The position numbers and the translations under genes were made by a program. A DNA stretch of 60,898 bases from a virus (lineage: Duplodnaviria > Caudoviricetes), in IMG/VR virus record IMGVR_UViG_3300027821_000008, positions 1 to 60,898 of that record; one strand, given 5' to 3'. The notes beneath the pieces were generated by a model, which was not told the origin of the DNA, did no database searches, and saw only the letters and a program-made list of their open reading frames with translations. Below, in pieces: positions 9,059-18,615 of the stretch (positions are counted from its first letter, which is position 1; the number at the start of each line of letters is the position of its first letter).

Positions 9059-9733
9059 ATGATAATTGTCCCCGGCAAATATTATGTTTATGCTCACTAT
9101 ACATTGGATGGCGAGCTATTTTACATTGGGAGTGGCAAGTCGCATCGGCCATCCACATCTGAGGGGCGCAATGATCTGTGGACCATTGTGGCAAAAAATG
9201 GCTTTATCGTTCGTGTGCTAAATGAATTTGATACCAAGGCGGAGGCTCTCTGGTGGGAAAACATTTTAATAAGAAAAAACCAAAAAGCGCTAGTAAATAA
9301 ACGAGAGGCAACAGGAGAAGATCACTTTAATTGGGCGACCAAGTGGTCAGAAGAGCATAAAGAAAAATTATCGAAAGCAAAGCTTGGAAAAAAACAATCC
9401 GAAGAACATAAAAGAGCGATAGCCAAGGCCTTAACCGGAAGAAAAAGGTCGGACGCAGAAAAGGCGGCGATATCTCGAGGGCACACCGGAAAAATTCTAA
9501 AAGAGGAAACAAAAAGATTGCTTAGCGAAATAAATTCTGGAGAGCGCAACCCAAGATATGGCGTTCCGATGTCTGATGACGCAAAAAGAAAATCGTCCGA
9601 ATCGCAGAGAGGCAAACCAAAATCAAAAGAAACCCGCCTCAAAATGTCCAATTCAGCCAAATTACGATGTGCCAAAAAGAAGTTGGAAATGGAACAAGCC
9701 CGCCCAAATATAGACGATCACAAGGATTCCTAA
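9059..9733 (+). CDS. GIY-YIG homing endonuclease with NUMOD3 repeats
   Basis: YVYAHY..GELFYIGSG; repeated SEEHK/SKETR-type motifs. Confidence 0.8.
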   Translation: MIIVPGKYYVYAHYTLDGELFYIGSGKSHRPSTSEGRNDLWTIVAKNGFIVRVLNEFDTKAEALWWENILIRKNQKALVNKREATGEDHFNWATKWSEEHKEKLSKAKLGKKQSEEHKRAIAKALTGRKRSDAEKAAISRGHTGKILKEETKRLLSEINSGERNPRYGVPMSDDAKRKSSESQRGKPKSKETRLKMSNSAKLRCAKKKLEMEQARPNIDDHKDS

Positions 9734-10687
9734 ATGTCACATCCACTAAACTATGACTCGGCAATGAATGAACTCATTGAGGCCGGTTTGGACGTGTCTG
9801 ATGGATTGCGATTGAATGAGGTCAAGCCGCATCGAGTTCGTCAGGTTGGCGACCCATCAAAGAAATTCCGCGCGTGGACGGCATTGCGCACCTCGAAAGG
9901 CAATGGCGGCACATATATCGTTGGCACGTATGGCGTATTTAGCGGCGCAGAGACAAGCAGGCATATCTTGCACGCCCCCGTGGGCGCTGGCATCATGGTT
10001 GATCGCGATGTAATGGCTGATCTTGAGACGCTTCGCATTCTTGAATTGCAGGACCAGCAGATGGCCGCCAAGGATGCCGTAGATGCGTGGTCAGAGCTGG
10101 TAGAGCCGAAAGAGAGGCATCCATACGCAATCAAAAAGAAGATTGGCATGCCAGGGGCAATGGTGCCCGAGTCCGGAACCAGCATGATCATTGCGCTTAG
10201 GGATATTCGCGGCAATATCAAGGCGCTACAGGGCATATCTCCGGACGGAGAGAAGATGTTGTGGCCGCGCGGCGCAGCCAAGCGTGGGGCATTCCATATG
10301 ATTGGAGACCCGGCGGAACACTCGATAATACTGATTGCCGAAGGATATGCAACCGCCGCAACGGTCAGCATGTGTTGTAATTTACCAACAGCATTTGCCG
10401 TGGATGCTGGAAATTTGGCTCCGGTTGCAATTTCATTAAGACAAAAATATCCGTGGCATGAGATAATAATCTGCGCAGATGACGACTATCAGTCTCCAGG
10501 GTCTCCTGGAGAGAAGGCTGCCATCAAGGCTGCGCTTGCATGTTATGGCGAGTATGTTTTGCCAGACTTCTCAGGATTTGAGCGCAATGGAGAGACGGAC
10601 TTTAACGACCTTATGATTCTTGCAAACAGCAAGAAAATTGTTGAGCGGCAAATACTTGGGATACACAATGAAAATTCAAAGGCGTAA
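9734..10687 (+). CDS. Toprim-domain DNA primase
   Basis: IAEGYATAAT, ICADDD and DFND Toprim motifs. Confidence 0.85.
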   Translation: MSHPLNYDSAMNELIEAGLDVSDGLRLNEVKPHRVRQVGDPSKKFRAWTALRTSKGNGGTYIVGTYGVFSGAETSRHILHAPVGAGIMVDRDVMADLETLRILELQDQQMAAKDAVDAWSELVEPKERHPYAIKKKIGMPGAMVPESGTSMIIALRDIRGNIKALQGISPDGEKMLWPRGAAKRGAFHMIGDPAEHSIILIAEGYATAATVSMCCNLPTAFAVDAGNLAPVAISLRQKYPWHEIIICADDDYQSPGSPGEKAAIKAALACYGEYVLPDFSGFERNGETDFNDLMILANSKKIVERQILGIHNENSKA

Positions 10688-12356
10688 ATTTGATCAGTCT
10701 ATTGCCGACGCTCTGGTTGCTCAGGGCGCAACTCCGCTTGCCTCCAGAATATTGGCGGCTCGCGGCATACAGTCCATTGCAGATGTCTCGCCAAAAATGA
10801 ACGAGCTTCTGCCGGTGTCTTCGATGAGGCATTGCGTTGAGGCGGCCAGACATATTGCTCAGACAATTAAAGATGGCAAAAAGATATTGGTCGTGGGCGA
10901 CTACGACTGCGACGGGGCCACATCCACGGCAATCATGATGCGTGGCCTGAAGCTATTTGGCGCTCAGGTTGAATATTTCGTGCCGAACAGGTTCGTGGAT
11001 GGATATGGACTGCAACGCAAAATGATCTACAAGGCCGTAGAGAGGCTTGGCTACACTCCTGCATTGATTATCACTGTAGATAACGGAATTCTCTCATTTG
11101 ATGGCATAGATTGTGCCAACGAAATGGGCATTGACGTAATTGTAACGGACCACCATTTGGGTGGCGACACTCTTCCGGACGCCAAATTTATCGTCAATCC
11201 AAATTCCGGAGTCTGTAATTTCCAATCCAAGAATATTGCCGGCTGTGGTGTGGCGTACTACGTCATATCTGCGCTGTTCCATGTATCGAAAGATTTCGAT
11301 ATTCAGCGCCCACAAGCGTCTGACGTCACCAGGCTTCTGTCGATCGCTGCCATAGGCACCGTGGCTGACGTTGTGAAGTTGGATAAAAACAACAGGACAA
11401 TCGTCTCTGCCGGCATTAATTTCATCAAGCAAAACAAATCATTCGTTGGTGTGTATGCGTTGCTGGGTGTGTGTGAAGTCTTTACAAAGAATGTCGTCAG
11501 CACAGTATTTGGCTTCCAGATGGCCCCGCGGATCAATGCTGCTGGCCGGATGGATGACGCCGGAATTGGCATTGAGCTACTGACAACAGACAAGCCCGAC
11601 CTAGCTGACTGGCTCTCTATCAAATTACAAAATAAGAATCTTGAAAGACGCGCCAAAGAGGCAGAAATGAGGGAGGCGTTCGATGTAGCCTACCCACAAG
11701 ACTCATTTAATGATCGCTCATCCATCACATTGTGTGACAAGTCATTTCACGGTGGCGTAATTGGCATTCTGGCTGGACGCGTGAAGGAGCAATTCCACAA
11801 GCCCACCATTATTCTTGCTCAATCATCTGACGGGTCATACAAGGGGTCGGGAAGGTCAATTCAGTCACTCCACATGAAGCACGCGTTGGATGCAGTTGCG
11901 GCCAAAGCACCAGGTGTTCTTCAAAAGTTTGGCGGACATGCGATGGCCGTTGGCATGTCTATTGCCCCGGGAATGCTTGAGAGATTCACCGAGGTATTCG
12001 AGGAAATTTGCGCCAAGTTCGTCCCAAAGGATAGCGAAAAGACAATAGAGCATGATGGTGGAGTTGGGTCTGTTGCCGAAATCATACAGGCAGCCAACAT
12101 GAAATTTGATGTCCCGTTCGGACAGGGAGTTCCGGAGCCGCTGTTCCTGCAAAATGTAAAAATCAAAGACCAAAAAATACTCAAAGAAAAACACTCAAAG
12201 TTCATTGTAGAGATTGCTGGCACAGAGATCAATGCAATTCAATTTGGCAGCGTTACGCCAAGGTCAGGCGAGCTTGAGGCATACTTTACATGCTCTATGA
12301 ATGAATGGAATGGCAATATTACGCCGCAGATTATGATAGGTGGGTTTGTGGAGTGA
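10668..12356 (+). CDS. recJ: single-stranded-DNA exonuclease RecJ
   Basis: GDYDCDG, PNRF.DGYG, TDHH, GTVADV, PRINAAGR and GGH motifs. Confidence 0.95.
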   Translation: MKIQRRKFDQSIADALVAQGATPLASRILAARGIQSIADVSPKMNELLPVSSMRHCVEAARHIAQTIKDGKKILVVGDYDCDGATSTAIMMRGLKLFGAQVEYFVPNRFVDGYGLQRKMIYKAVERLGYTPALIITVDNGILSFDGIDCANEMGIDVIVTDHHLGGDTLPDAKFIVNPNSGVCNFQSKNIAGCGVAYYVISALFHVSKDFDIQRPQASDVTRLLSIAAIGTVADVVKLDKNNRTIVSAGINFIKQNKSFVGVYALLGVCEVFTKNVVSTVFGFQMAPRINAAGRMDDAGIGIELLTTDKPDLADWLSIKLQNKNLERRAKEAEMREAFDVAYPQDSFNDRSSITLCDKSFHGGVIGILAGRVKEQFHKPTIILAQSSDGSYKGSGRSIQSLHMKHALDAVAAKAPGVLQKFGGHAMAVGMSIAPGMLERFTEVFEEICAKFVPKDSEKTIEHDGGVGSVAEIIQAANMKFDVPFGQGVPEPLFLQNVKIKDQKILKEKHSKFIVEIAGTEINAIQFGSVTPRSGELEAYFTCSMNEWNGNITPQIMIGGFVE

Positions 12357-12364
12357 ATATTTTG

Positions 12365-12393
12365 TTGACATCGGGTTCGTCTTTTGATATAAT
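12365..12393 (+). promoter_or_regulatory. sigma70 promoter
   Basis: TTGACA-17 nt-TATAAT. Confidence 0.75.
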
Positions 12394-12399
12394 ACACAC

Positions 12400-12600
12400 A
12401 TGACCACACACAAAGACAATCGAGCGACATACAGCCTTGCCTACTCGCAGGGCAGGGGCGCTGCTTTGATGGATTATCAGGACGGAGTAGTTGATTATGC
12501 GCTACTAAATCACGTTCCAACGAATGTGTTTGAACTTGGATTAAGAGATGGAGTGTTGGATTTTCTTCGATCAATGAAAATTTGCCTGCATCTTTTTTAA
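12400..12600 (+). CDS. hypothetical protein (possibly leaderless)
   Basis: ATG 6 nt after the -10 box. Confidence 0.45.
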   Translation: MTTHKDNRATYSLAYSQGRGAALMDYQDGVVDYALLNHVPTNVFELGLRDGVLDFLRSMKICLHLF

Positions 12601-12666
12601 AAAATCCTTGCGCCGAATGCGCCCATCATGTAAGATGTACCCAATATCATTTGAATTGGACAAATA

Positions 12667-14964
12667 ATGACTCACGCTAAACTGACCAAAAACGCTAACG
12701 ACGCACTTGATCGTGCAGAGGTTCACGCTAAGCAACTTGGTCATTACTTTGTTGGGGCAGACGTTCTAGCCAGAACTCTGATAGATGACGAAGACGTTAA
12801 GGCCGCCATAGAGGGCGCCGGGGCGTCGTTTCAATTAATTGAAATTGGCCTGACAAAAATCGTTGACAGCATGCCAGAAAGCACAAACATCGTTGGGCGC
12901 CCTGCGCTGTCCGCGGTTGTAAAGAATATTGTAATGAATGCAACCATGCATTCCAGTCTTAATCCACGTCAGGCGCTTGCCACGTCCGTTGACATGCTGT
13001 ACCTCGTCATAAGGGCGTCCAATACGGCATCGTCCTCATTCCTTGTTCAAAACGGAGTTACTCTAGACTCACTGCGCCCAAAATGCAGCGTTATGGGCGA
13101 TATCGAGTCCATGCATTCCGAGCCAAAGTCTGGCCCAACTATGGTTAGTGGCGGATTTGACCCATTCTCCGGTCTCGGCAACTCGTCGCAAAGTGCAACA
13201 CGCAGAGCAATTGACGACCCTCTCGCAGGATGCCCGTCGCTCCGCAGGCACGGCATCAATTTGAATGCTCTTGCCCTGGACGGAAAGCTTGATGCATTGG
13301 TTGGCCGCGCAGACGAGATGGATGAGATTATCATGACATTGTCGCGCCGCCGCAAAAACAACCCAATCCTTGTTGGCGATGCAGGAACTGGTAAAACAGC
13401 GATTGTTGAGGGATTGGCGCAACTCCTGACAAGCGAAAATTGCCCGCCAAAGCTGGCCGGACATACCATTGTGAGTGTATCGATCAGCGGACTTGTCGCA
13501 GGAACAAGCACGGTTGGCGTGTTCGAGGACAAGGTAAAAGACATTGTTGAAGAGGCAAAAAGAAGCGGAAAGATTATCCTGTTTTTTGATGAGATTCATA
13601 CGATGAAGGGCGCCGGAACTCATAGTAAGTCGAGTACGGATATGGCTGATATGATCAAGCCAGCACTTGCACGCGGCGAGATCAAAGTCATCGGCGCAAC
13701 CACATACGCAGAATACAAGTCCACATTCGAAAAGGACAAGGCAATCGCTCGTCGATTCCAACTGATCACCATCAATCCTCCTGGAGAGTCCGACTCTGTC
13801 AAGATTCTGGCATCCAATGCACTTGACCTGGAAAAATTCCACGGAGTTTCGTTCGAGGATGGCGCAATTGAGGCAGCAGTATCGTTGGCAAAACGCTACA
13901 TCCTGTTCAAGAATCTGCCTGACAGTGCCCTGGACGCACTGGATGAAGCGGCAACCCGCGCTGCAACCAAGGATGGCATTGTAACAAAGAGTATCATTGA
14001 GGACGTAATCAGCAAGATGGGTAACGTTCCAGTGGATAGCGTTCGCTCGTCCGAGCTGGACAAGCTTGCGTCCCTCGAGGCGTCTATTAAGAAGCGCGTC
14101 TTTGAGCAAGATCATGCGGTTGAGACCGTCTCCAGGGCAATTATTGCCAACAGGGCAGGACTGACCAGAGATAACAAGCCAATTTTGTCGGCCCTCTTCG
14201 GCGGCCCGACTGGCGTTGGTAAGACTGAACTCGCCAAGCAAATCGCCGAACATATGGGCATCAAGTTGATTCGCTTCGACATGTCCGAATACAGCGGAGA
14301 GCATTCTGCCAGCAAATTGGTAGGCTCCCCGGCAGGATATGTGGGATATGAGGATGGCGGCCTGCTCACAAGCGCAGTCATCAAGAATCCGCACTCTGTG
14401 ATCCTGCTTGATGAAATTGAAAAGGCCAGCGACTCCGTATTCAACACATTGCTGCAAGTGCTTGATGATGGTACGCTAACCGACAACCAAGGCAACAAGG
14501 CTGACTTCAGAAGTGTAATTCTGATCATGACAACTAACGCCGGAGCCAAGCATGACGAGAAGGTTCGGTCCATTGGATTCGGATCGCAAAAAAGGGGAAC
14601 AGGCAAAGCAGAGGAGCGGGCGCACTTGGTGGACACGTTCAGCCCTGAATTCCTGAACCGCATTGACAGTATTGTAAAGTTCAACAAGCTTACGGACACT
14701 TCGATCCGCAAAGTGGCAGAGAAGATGTTGGGCGACCTGGTCAAGAAGGCGGCAGAGCGCGGATTCAAGGTAACGCACGGCGATGACGTAACAGACTTGA
14801 TCGCAAAGGATGGACATGATATTGAAATGGGGGCTCGTCCGATTGCACGATCGATCCAAACATTGATCCTCCCTGCCCTTAGCCAAGCGATGATCTTCAA
14901 CGCAGATGCGAAAGAGATCAATCTGGTTGTGGTGGATGGCAAGATTGTGGTTGAAGGGGTATAG
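12667..14964 (+). CDS. clpA: ATP-dependent Clp protease ATPase subunit, ClpA-like
   Basis: Clp N domain, two AAA+ modules (GDAGTGKT, GPTGVGKT), GYVG pore loop and SIGF ClpP-docking loop; no ClpB middle domain. Confidence 0.9.
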   Translation: MTHAKLTKNANDALDRAEVHAKQLGHYFVGADVLARTLIDDEDVKAAIEGAGASFQLIEIGLTKIVDSMPESTNIVGRPALSAVVKNIVMNATMHSSLNPRQALATSVDMLYLVIRASNTASSSFLVQNGVTLDSLRPKCSVMGDIESMHSEPKSGPTMVSGGFDPFSGLGNSSQSATRRAIDDPLAGCPSLRRHGINLNALALDGKLDALVGRADEMDEIIMTLSRRRKNNPILVGDAGTGKTAIVEGLAQLLTSENCPPKLAGHTIVSVSISGLVAGTSTVGVFEDKVKDIVEEAKRSGKIILFFDEIHTMKGAGTHSKSSTDMADMIKPALARGEIKVIGATTYAEYKSTFEKDKAIARRFQLITINPPGESDSVKILASNALDLEKFHGVSFEDGAIEAAVSLAKRYILFKNLPDSALDALDEAATRAATKDGIVTKSIIEDVISKMGNVPVDSVRSSELDKLASLEASIKKRVFEQDHAVETVSRAIIANRAGLTRDNKPILSALFGGPTGVGKTELAKQIAEHMGIKLIRFDMSEYSGEHSASKLVGSPAGYVGYEDGGLLTSAVIKNPHSVILLDEIEKASDSVFNTLLQVLDDGTLTDNQGNKADFRSVILIMTTNAGAKHDEKVRSIGFGSQKRGTGKAEERAHLVDTFSPEFLNRIDSIVKFNKLTDTSIRKVAEKMLGDLVKKAAERGFKVTHGDDVTDLIAKDGHDIEMGARPIARSIQTLILPALSQAMIFNADAKEINLVVVDGKIVVEGV

Positions 14965-14966
14965 TC

Positions 14967-15224
14967 ATGGAATTCTTGGCCTCAATGTATAGGCGGTGGA
15001 TTGTCTGGTTCAATTATGGTGGCAAGACAGTTAGCAAGTATCCGTATTACGAGGGGGCCAAGATGATCGTTGTGGTCAATGATGGAGTGTTCACGGCATA
15101 CCTGGACAAGTTTCCAGAGATAGTCGGGCATGGAGAGACAGAGTTTGATGCGAGCCTAGAGATGCAGTATGCATACAATGGCAAGCTGATGAGGGAGATT
15201 AGGCGTGGCAAAGAAAACTCTTGA
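14967..15224 (+). CDS. HicB-like fold protein
   Basis: DGVFTAYLDKFPEIVGHGETEFDA resembles the HicB N-terminal consensus. Confidence 0.5.
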   Translation: MEFLASMYRRWIVWFNYGGKTVSKYPYYEGAKMIVVVNDGVFTAYLDKFPEIVGHGETEFDASLEMQYAYNGKLMREIRRGKENS

Positions 15225-15690
15225 AGAGCGCTTCTGGGAGAAGGTGGATGTGCGTGGTCCGGGTGATTGCTGGGAGTGGCTTTGCTGTAAAAGTGAAAAT
15301 GGTTATGGGCAAATTGCGATTAATGGAAAAACTATTAGGGCGCACAGAGTGTCTTTTGAAATAAATTTTGAAAAAAAGATTGATGTCGGACTTTATATTT
15401 TGCATTCCTGCGATAACCGCTCTTGCGTGAACCCATACCATCTCAGACAGGGAACTCATAAAGAAAATATGGGGGACCGACTGATGGGCGGCCCGTGGGC
15501 GAACGGTAGCAAAAAAAAGGCCGTCACTTATGCTGGCGCAGAGAAAATATGGGTAGGCGCCGAAGATGCCCATAGAGAAACGGGCGTTGGGCCTGAAAGC
15601 ATTTCTCGGTGCTGCAACGGTAAGCGCAAGTCAGCAGGAGGATTCAAATGGTACTTTGTAGACGAACAGAAAAAGGACAAACCCACATGA
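15205..15690 (+). CDS. HNH homing endonuclease with NUMOD1
   Basis: RFWEKV, CWEW, AHRVS and HSCDNRSCVNPYHL. Confidence 0.9.
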   Translation: MAKKTLEERFWEKVDVRGPGDCWEWLCCKSENGYGQIAINGKTIRAHRVSFEINFEKKIDVGLYILHSCDNRSCVNPYHLRQGTHKENMGDRLMGGPWANGSKKKAVTYAGAEKIWVGAEDAHRETGVGPESISRCCNGKRKSAGGFKWYFVDEQKKDKPT

Positions 15691-15908
15691 CTAAATCTTC
15701 TAAGTCAAACGACATTAAATACTACAAGTATCAGGCCGTATTTGAATTTGGGGATGACTTCCAAATAATTGAATATGGCAGCGTATATTTTTTAAATGAA
15801 AAAAGCGTCCGAAAATATGTTGAAAATACATACTCGGAACTAATTGACGAGGCATCTTCATACTATGTTGTTGTTGAGGAAATTTATGATGGCGATCTGC
15901 CATTCTGA
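15687..15908 (+). CDS. hypothetical protein
   Basis: ATGA overlap with the HNH stop. Confidence 0.5.
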   Translation: MTKSSKSNDIKYYKYQAVFEFGDDFQIIEYGSVYFLNEKSVRKYVENTYSELIDEASSYYVVVEEIYDGDLPF

Positions 15909-15916
15909 GAGAGAAT

Positions 15917-16150
15917 ATGGCAACCCCATACATTAAGGTCACCCCACTAAATAGAATATCAAGTGCCCAATTTTATATCTCTAATATGAATGAATTAGAG
16001 ATTAGGAAATCTGCCGATAAGTGCCTGAGCTTATTTGGGTTTGGTGATTACTTGATACTTCATTCTGGGGATGGAAGAATTGAGGCTGAGCGGTGCATTG
16101 CCGTGGCAAGCCATACGACTGATGGCGTTTTGTACAGAAAGCCAATATGA
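15917..16150 (+). CDS. hypothetical protein
   Basis: Packed ORF overlapping the dnaQ start. Confidence 0.5.
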   Translation: MATPYIKVTPLNRISSAQFYISNMNELEIRKSADKCLSLFGFGDYLILHSGDGRIEAERCIAVASHTTDGVLYRKPI

Positions 16151-16788
16151 CAAAGAAAAGGCAAATAGTATTTGATACAGAAACTACAGGACTGTCCCCA
16201 AAATTCGGGCACCGTGTCGTTGATCTTGGCGCGGTTGAATTGATCGATGGAAAAAGGACCGGCAGGACTCTGCAATTCTATCTTAATCCACGTCGCGATT
16301 CCGACCCGAAGGCATTTGAGGTTCATGGATTAACCCGCGAGTTTCTGAGTGATAAGCCCGACTTCTCGCAGATTGCAGATGAGTTCATTCAATTTGTGAG
16401 TGGCGCAGAGGTGATTGCCCACAATGCCAAATTTGACGTGAGCTTTCTGGATGCAGAGCTAGAGAGCTGTCACAAAGAGCCGCTATGGAAACACGTTGAA
16501 AAGATTACAGACACGGTTGCCATGGCCCGCACAATAATTAAAGGGTCAGTCAGTCTTGATGTGCTGTGCGAAAGATATGGAATTGTTGTTGACCGAGAGA
16601 AGCACGGAGCGCTACTGGACAGCGAGATACTTGTTGATGTGCTTGGAAAATTAATTGAAGAGGCCGACAATGGCAAGGTGACGGCGGACGAACCCAAGAT
16701 TGAGTGGACCGCAAAAACGAAGGTTGTTTATGCCACAGATAGTGACAAGGATGAACATCTTAGGATATTGAAGAGCATTAGGGAGTGA
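16147..16788 (+). CDS. dnaQ: DNA polymerase III epsilon (3'-5' exonuclease)
   Basis: DTETTG, HNAKFD and HGALLD Exo motifs; epsilon-like C-terminal tail. Confidence 0.92.
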   Translation: MTKKRQIVFDTETTGLSPKFGHRVVDLGAVELIDGKRTGRTLQFYLNPRRDSDPKAFEVHGLTREFLSDKPDFSQIADEFIQFVSGAEVIAHNAKFDVSFLDAELESCHKEPLWKHVEKITDTVAMARTIIKGSVSLDVLCERYGIVVDREKHGALLDSEILVDVLGKLIEEADNGKVTADEPKIEWTAKTKVVYATDSDKDEHLRILKSIRE

Positions 16789-16804
16789 GACGAAAGCAGT
16801 AGGC

Positions 16805-16852
16805 AAAAAAATAGACCCGCCACCGAATGGTGAGCGGGTCTTTGTGCTTTTT
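16805..16852. terminator. bidirectional terminator between the convergent arms
   Basis: A run, AGACCCGC/GCGGGTCT stem, T-rich tail. Confidence 0.75.
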
Positions 16853-17225
16853 ACGGCTTGAAATGTGATGATCCAAATGCTCGGACCGCCAGGTACATCG
16901 CCTGAGCCTTCCACTCCTCAACGCCACAAGTAATCAGGGCTTCTTTGAGTATTGAGTCGCAATGCAGGCGATCAAACATTTGTCTTGAGTACAAAAAGTC
17001 ATGCACTGTGCCGGCCCTGTTTCCAAGATCGCCAACAGCATCAAACACTATAGGAATCCTTGGGACGGAGCAGAAATCAGTCTTAAATCCAGCAGGAACA
17101 CTAATTACCATATTTACAATGTCGCTTGAGTAAATCAGCGGAGATTGAAGTTCCCACACTTGAGGCCCTGACCAGCTGTCGTCTTTTACTTCTTTGACAA
17201 CTAGGTCGCTTAGAAATGCCGACAT
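16851..17225 (-). CDS. DUF1353-like protein
   Basis: VPAGFKTDFCSVPR, HDFLY and MYLAVRAFG. Confidence 0.75.
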   Translation of the reverse strand: MSAFLSDLVVKEVKDDSWSGPQVWELQSPLIYSSDIVNMVISVPAGFKTDFCSVPRIPIVFDAVGDLGNRAGTVHDFLYSRQMFDRLHCDSILKEALITCGVEEWKAQAMYLAVRAFGSSHFKP

Positions 17226-17244
17226 ATCGACCTCCAGTTTTTTA

Positions 17245-17694
17245 TTATTGTGCTACCGGGGCGACTGCGCCAGGTATGGTTGCAGGGGCGCCAGATTGGG
17301 CAGCTTGAACCGCGCCAAGCAATGCCATGCCCAAAGTGAACTGAGCCTTAACTTCCGGTGATATAACCGTGGTGGCTGCCAGGATATTCTTCACGAGCGG
17401 CAACAGGGCTGCTGCATCGGCCGGGGTTGCTGTACCGGCTTCGGCTGCCACTTTGGCATACAGGGCGTTTGCCTTGTCCAGATCAGCTTGTTGATCGTGG
17501 GTCAGAAGGTCGCGTTGTGCGGTCAATGCGGTCAGAACAGGGGCGATTGCTGCCAGACCCTTGTTAACCTGAGTCTTGATGTCGGAAGTTTGACCAAGAA
17601 CGGTGTTGGCTGCGGTGTTAAGTGGAGCTACAGCGGCGCATCCGCTAAGGCCAGCGATGGAGGCGATTAGAGCGATTATGAGCAGTTTTTTCAT
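17245..17694 (-). CDS. lipoprotein (possible spanin or lysis accessory)
   Basis: Signal peptide with LSGC lipobox; Ala-rich helical. Confidence 0.65.
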   Translation of the reverse strand: MKKLLIIALIASIAGLSGCAAVAPLNTAANTVLGQTSDIKTQVNKGLAAIAPVLTALTAQRDLLTHDQQADLDKANALYAKVAAEAGTATPADAAALLPLVKNILAATTVISPEVKAQFTLGMALLGAVQAAQSGAPATIPGAVAPVAQ

Positions 17695-17725
17695 GTTGTT
17701 GTGCCTTGGGTATTAGTACAAATAG

Positions 17726-17748
17726 AAAACGCCCCAGAGGGGCGTTTA
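17726..17748. terminator. hairpin terminator
   Basis: AAACGCCCC-AGA-GGGGCGTTT. Confidence 0.6.
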
Positions 17749-17881
17749 AATGCGTTCAAATTGATTTAGAAGCGGGACCGAGCATCCCATCCAATATGGG
17801 GATCAGGATCATTGACTTCCGGGGTGACATCCGGGGCACTTCCCGGGTCTACTTCCGGGGTAGCCACGACATCACCCTCAA

Positions 17882-18097
17882 TTACTGGGGGAGTGTATCA
17901 TCCTTTTGTGTGGTGGTGTCGGTGGGGGCCGATGGTGCATTGACGTGTGATATTACGCCAACTGCACCCAAACAAACTAAAATTTCTTTCAGTACGTCAA
18001 CAAATGCAGCCACGGGAGTTAGATTAGCCAGGGCCAATCCAAGCCAGATCAGAACAACAAGTCCTGCCGCCCACATCTTGATGGGTATCGATTTCAT
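17882..18097 (-). CDS. holin-like membrane protein (possible frameshift extension to 17766)
   Basis: Two hydrophobic segments, AGGAG RBS, lysis-region context. Confidence 0.55.
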   Translation of the reverse strand: MKSIPIKMWAAGLVVLIWLGLALANLTPVAAFVDVLKEILVCLGAVGVISHVNAPSAPTDTTTQKDDTLPQ

Positions 18098-18615
18098 TCA
18101 ATTTCTCCTGATGAGTTAGGTTGGGTTTGTGTATCTACGAAATACCATTTAAATCCGCCTGCTGATTTGCGTTTACCGTTGCAGCACATGTGTATGCCGT
18201 TACGATTAACCCCGGTGTCTTGGGACGCCTGGTAAATTGAGTTAAAAATAATCTCTGAGCCAACATATGTAACTCTAATTGCCCTGGTTCCGCACGGGTG
18301 CGTCCTGTGCGACCCAATTCCGCTAAAAAAGCCTTTGTAGTTGCTTGGGTTTTTTGAAATATTAACTAACTGAGATTGATTTTCAACAATAACCCTTCTT
18401 TCTAGATCAAGTGCGTGTGATTTTTTATCAAATGAATCAAGCATTCTAACCGTATAGCCATGCGATGCCATCTGCCACCACTCATTGCTGCGCTCTTTTT
18501 CTGAGCAAATGCGAGATGAATTGCCCATGCCCACATAGAACAATACGCCATCTAACGTGTAATGCCCATACACGTAGTATTTGCCTGGAATGATCAGAAT
18601 GCCGTCACTCACCAT
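18094..18615 (-). CDS. GIY-YIG homing endonuclease with NUMOD1
   Basis: YVYGHY..GVLFYVGMG; C-terminal CCNGKRKSAGGFKW. Confidence 0.8.
   Translation of the reverse strand: MVSDGILIIPGKYYVYGHYTLDGVLFYVGMGNSSRICSEKERSNEWWQMASHGYTVRMLDSFDKKSHALDLERRVIVENQSQLVNISKNPSNYKGFFSGIGSHRTHPCGTRAIRVTYVGSEIIFNSIYQASQDTGVNRNGIHMCCNGKRKSAGGFKWYFVDTQTQPNSSGEIE

Noticed and set aside
13069-14457. Long antisense ORFs (also 37863..38933 and 39542..40627)
   Set aside because: Shadows of strongly codon-biased real genes on the other strand, with no motifs
17815-17860. ACTTCCGGGG repeats as iterons
   Set aside because: Better explained as coding for TPEV peptide repeats in the -1 extension
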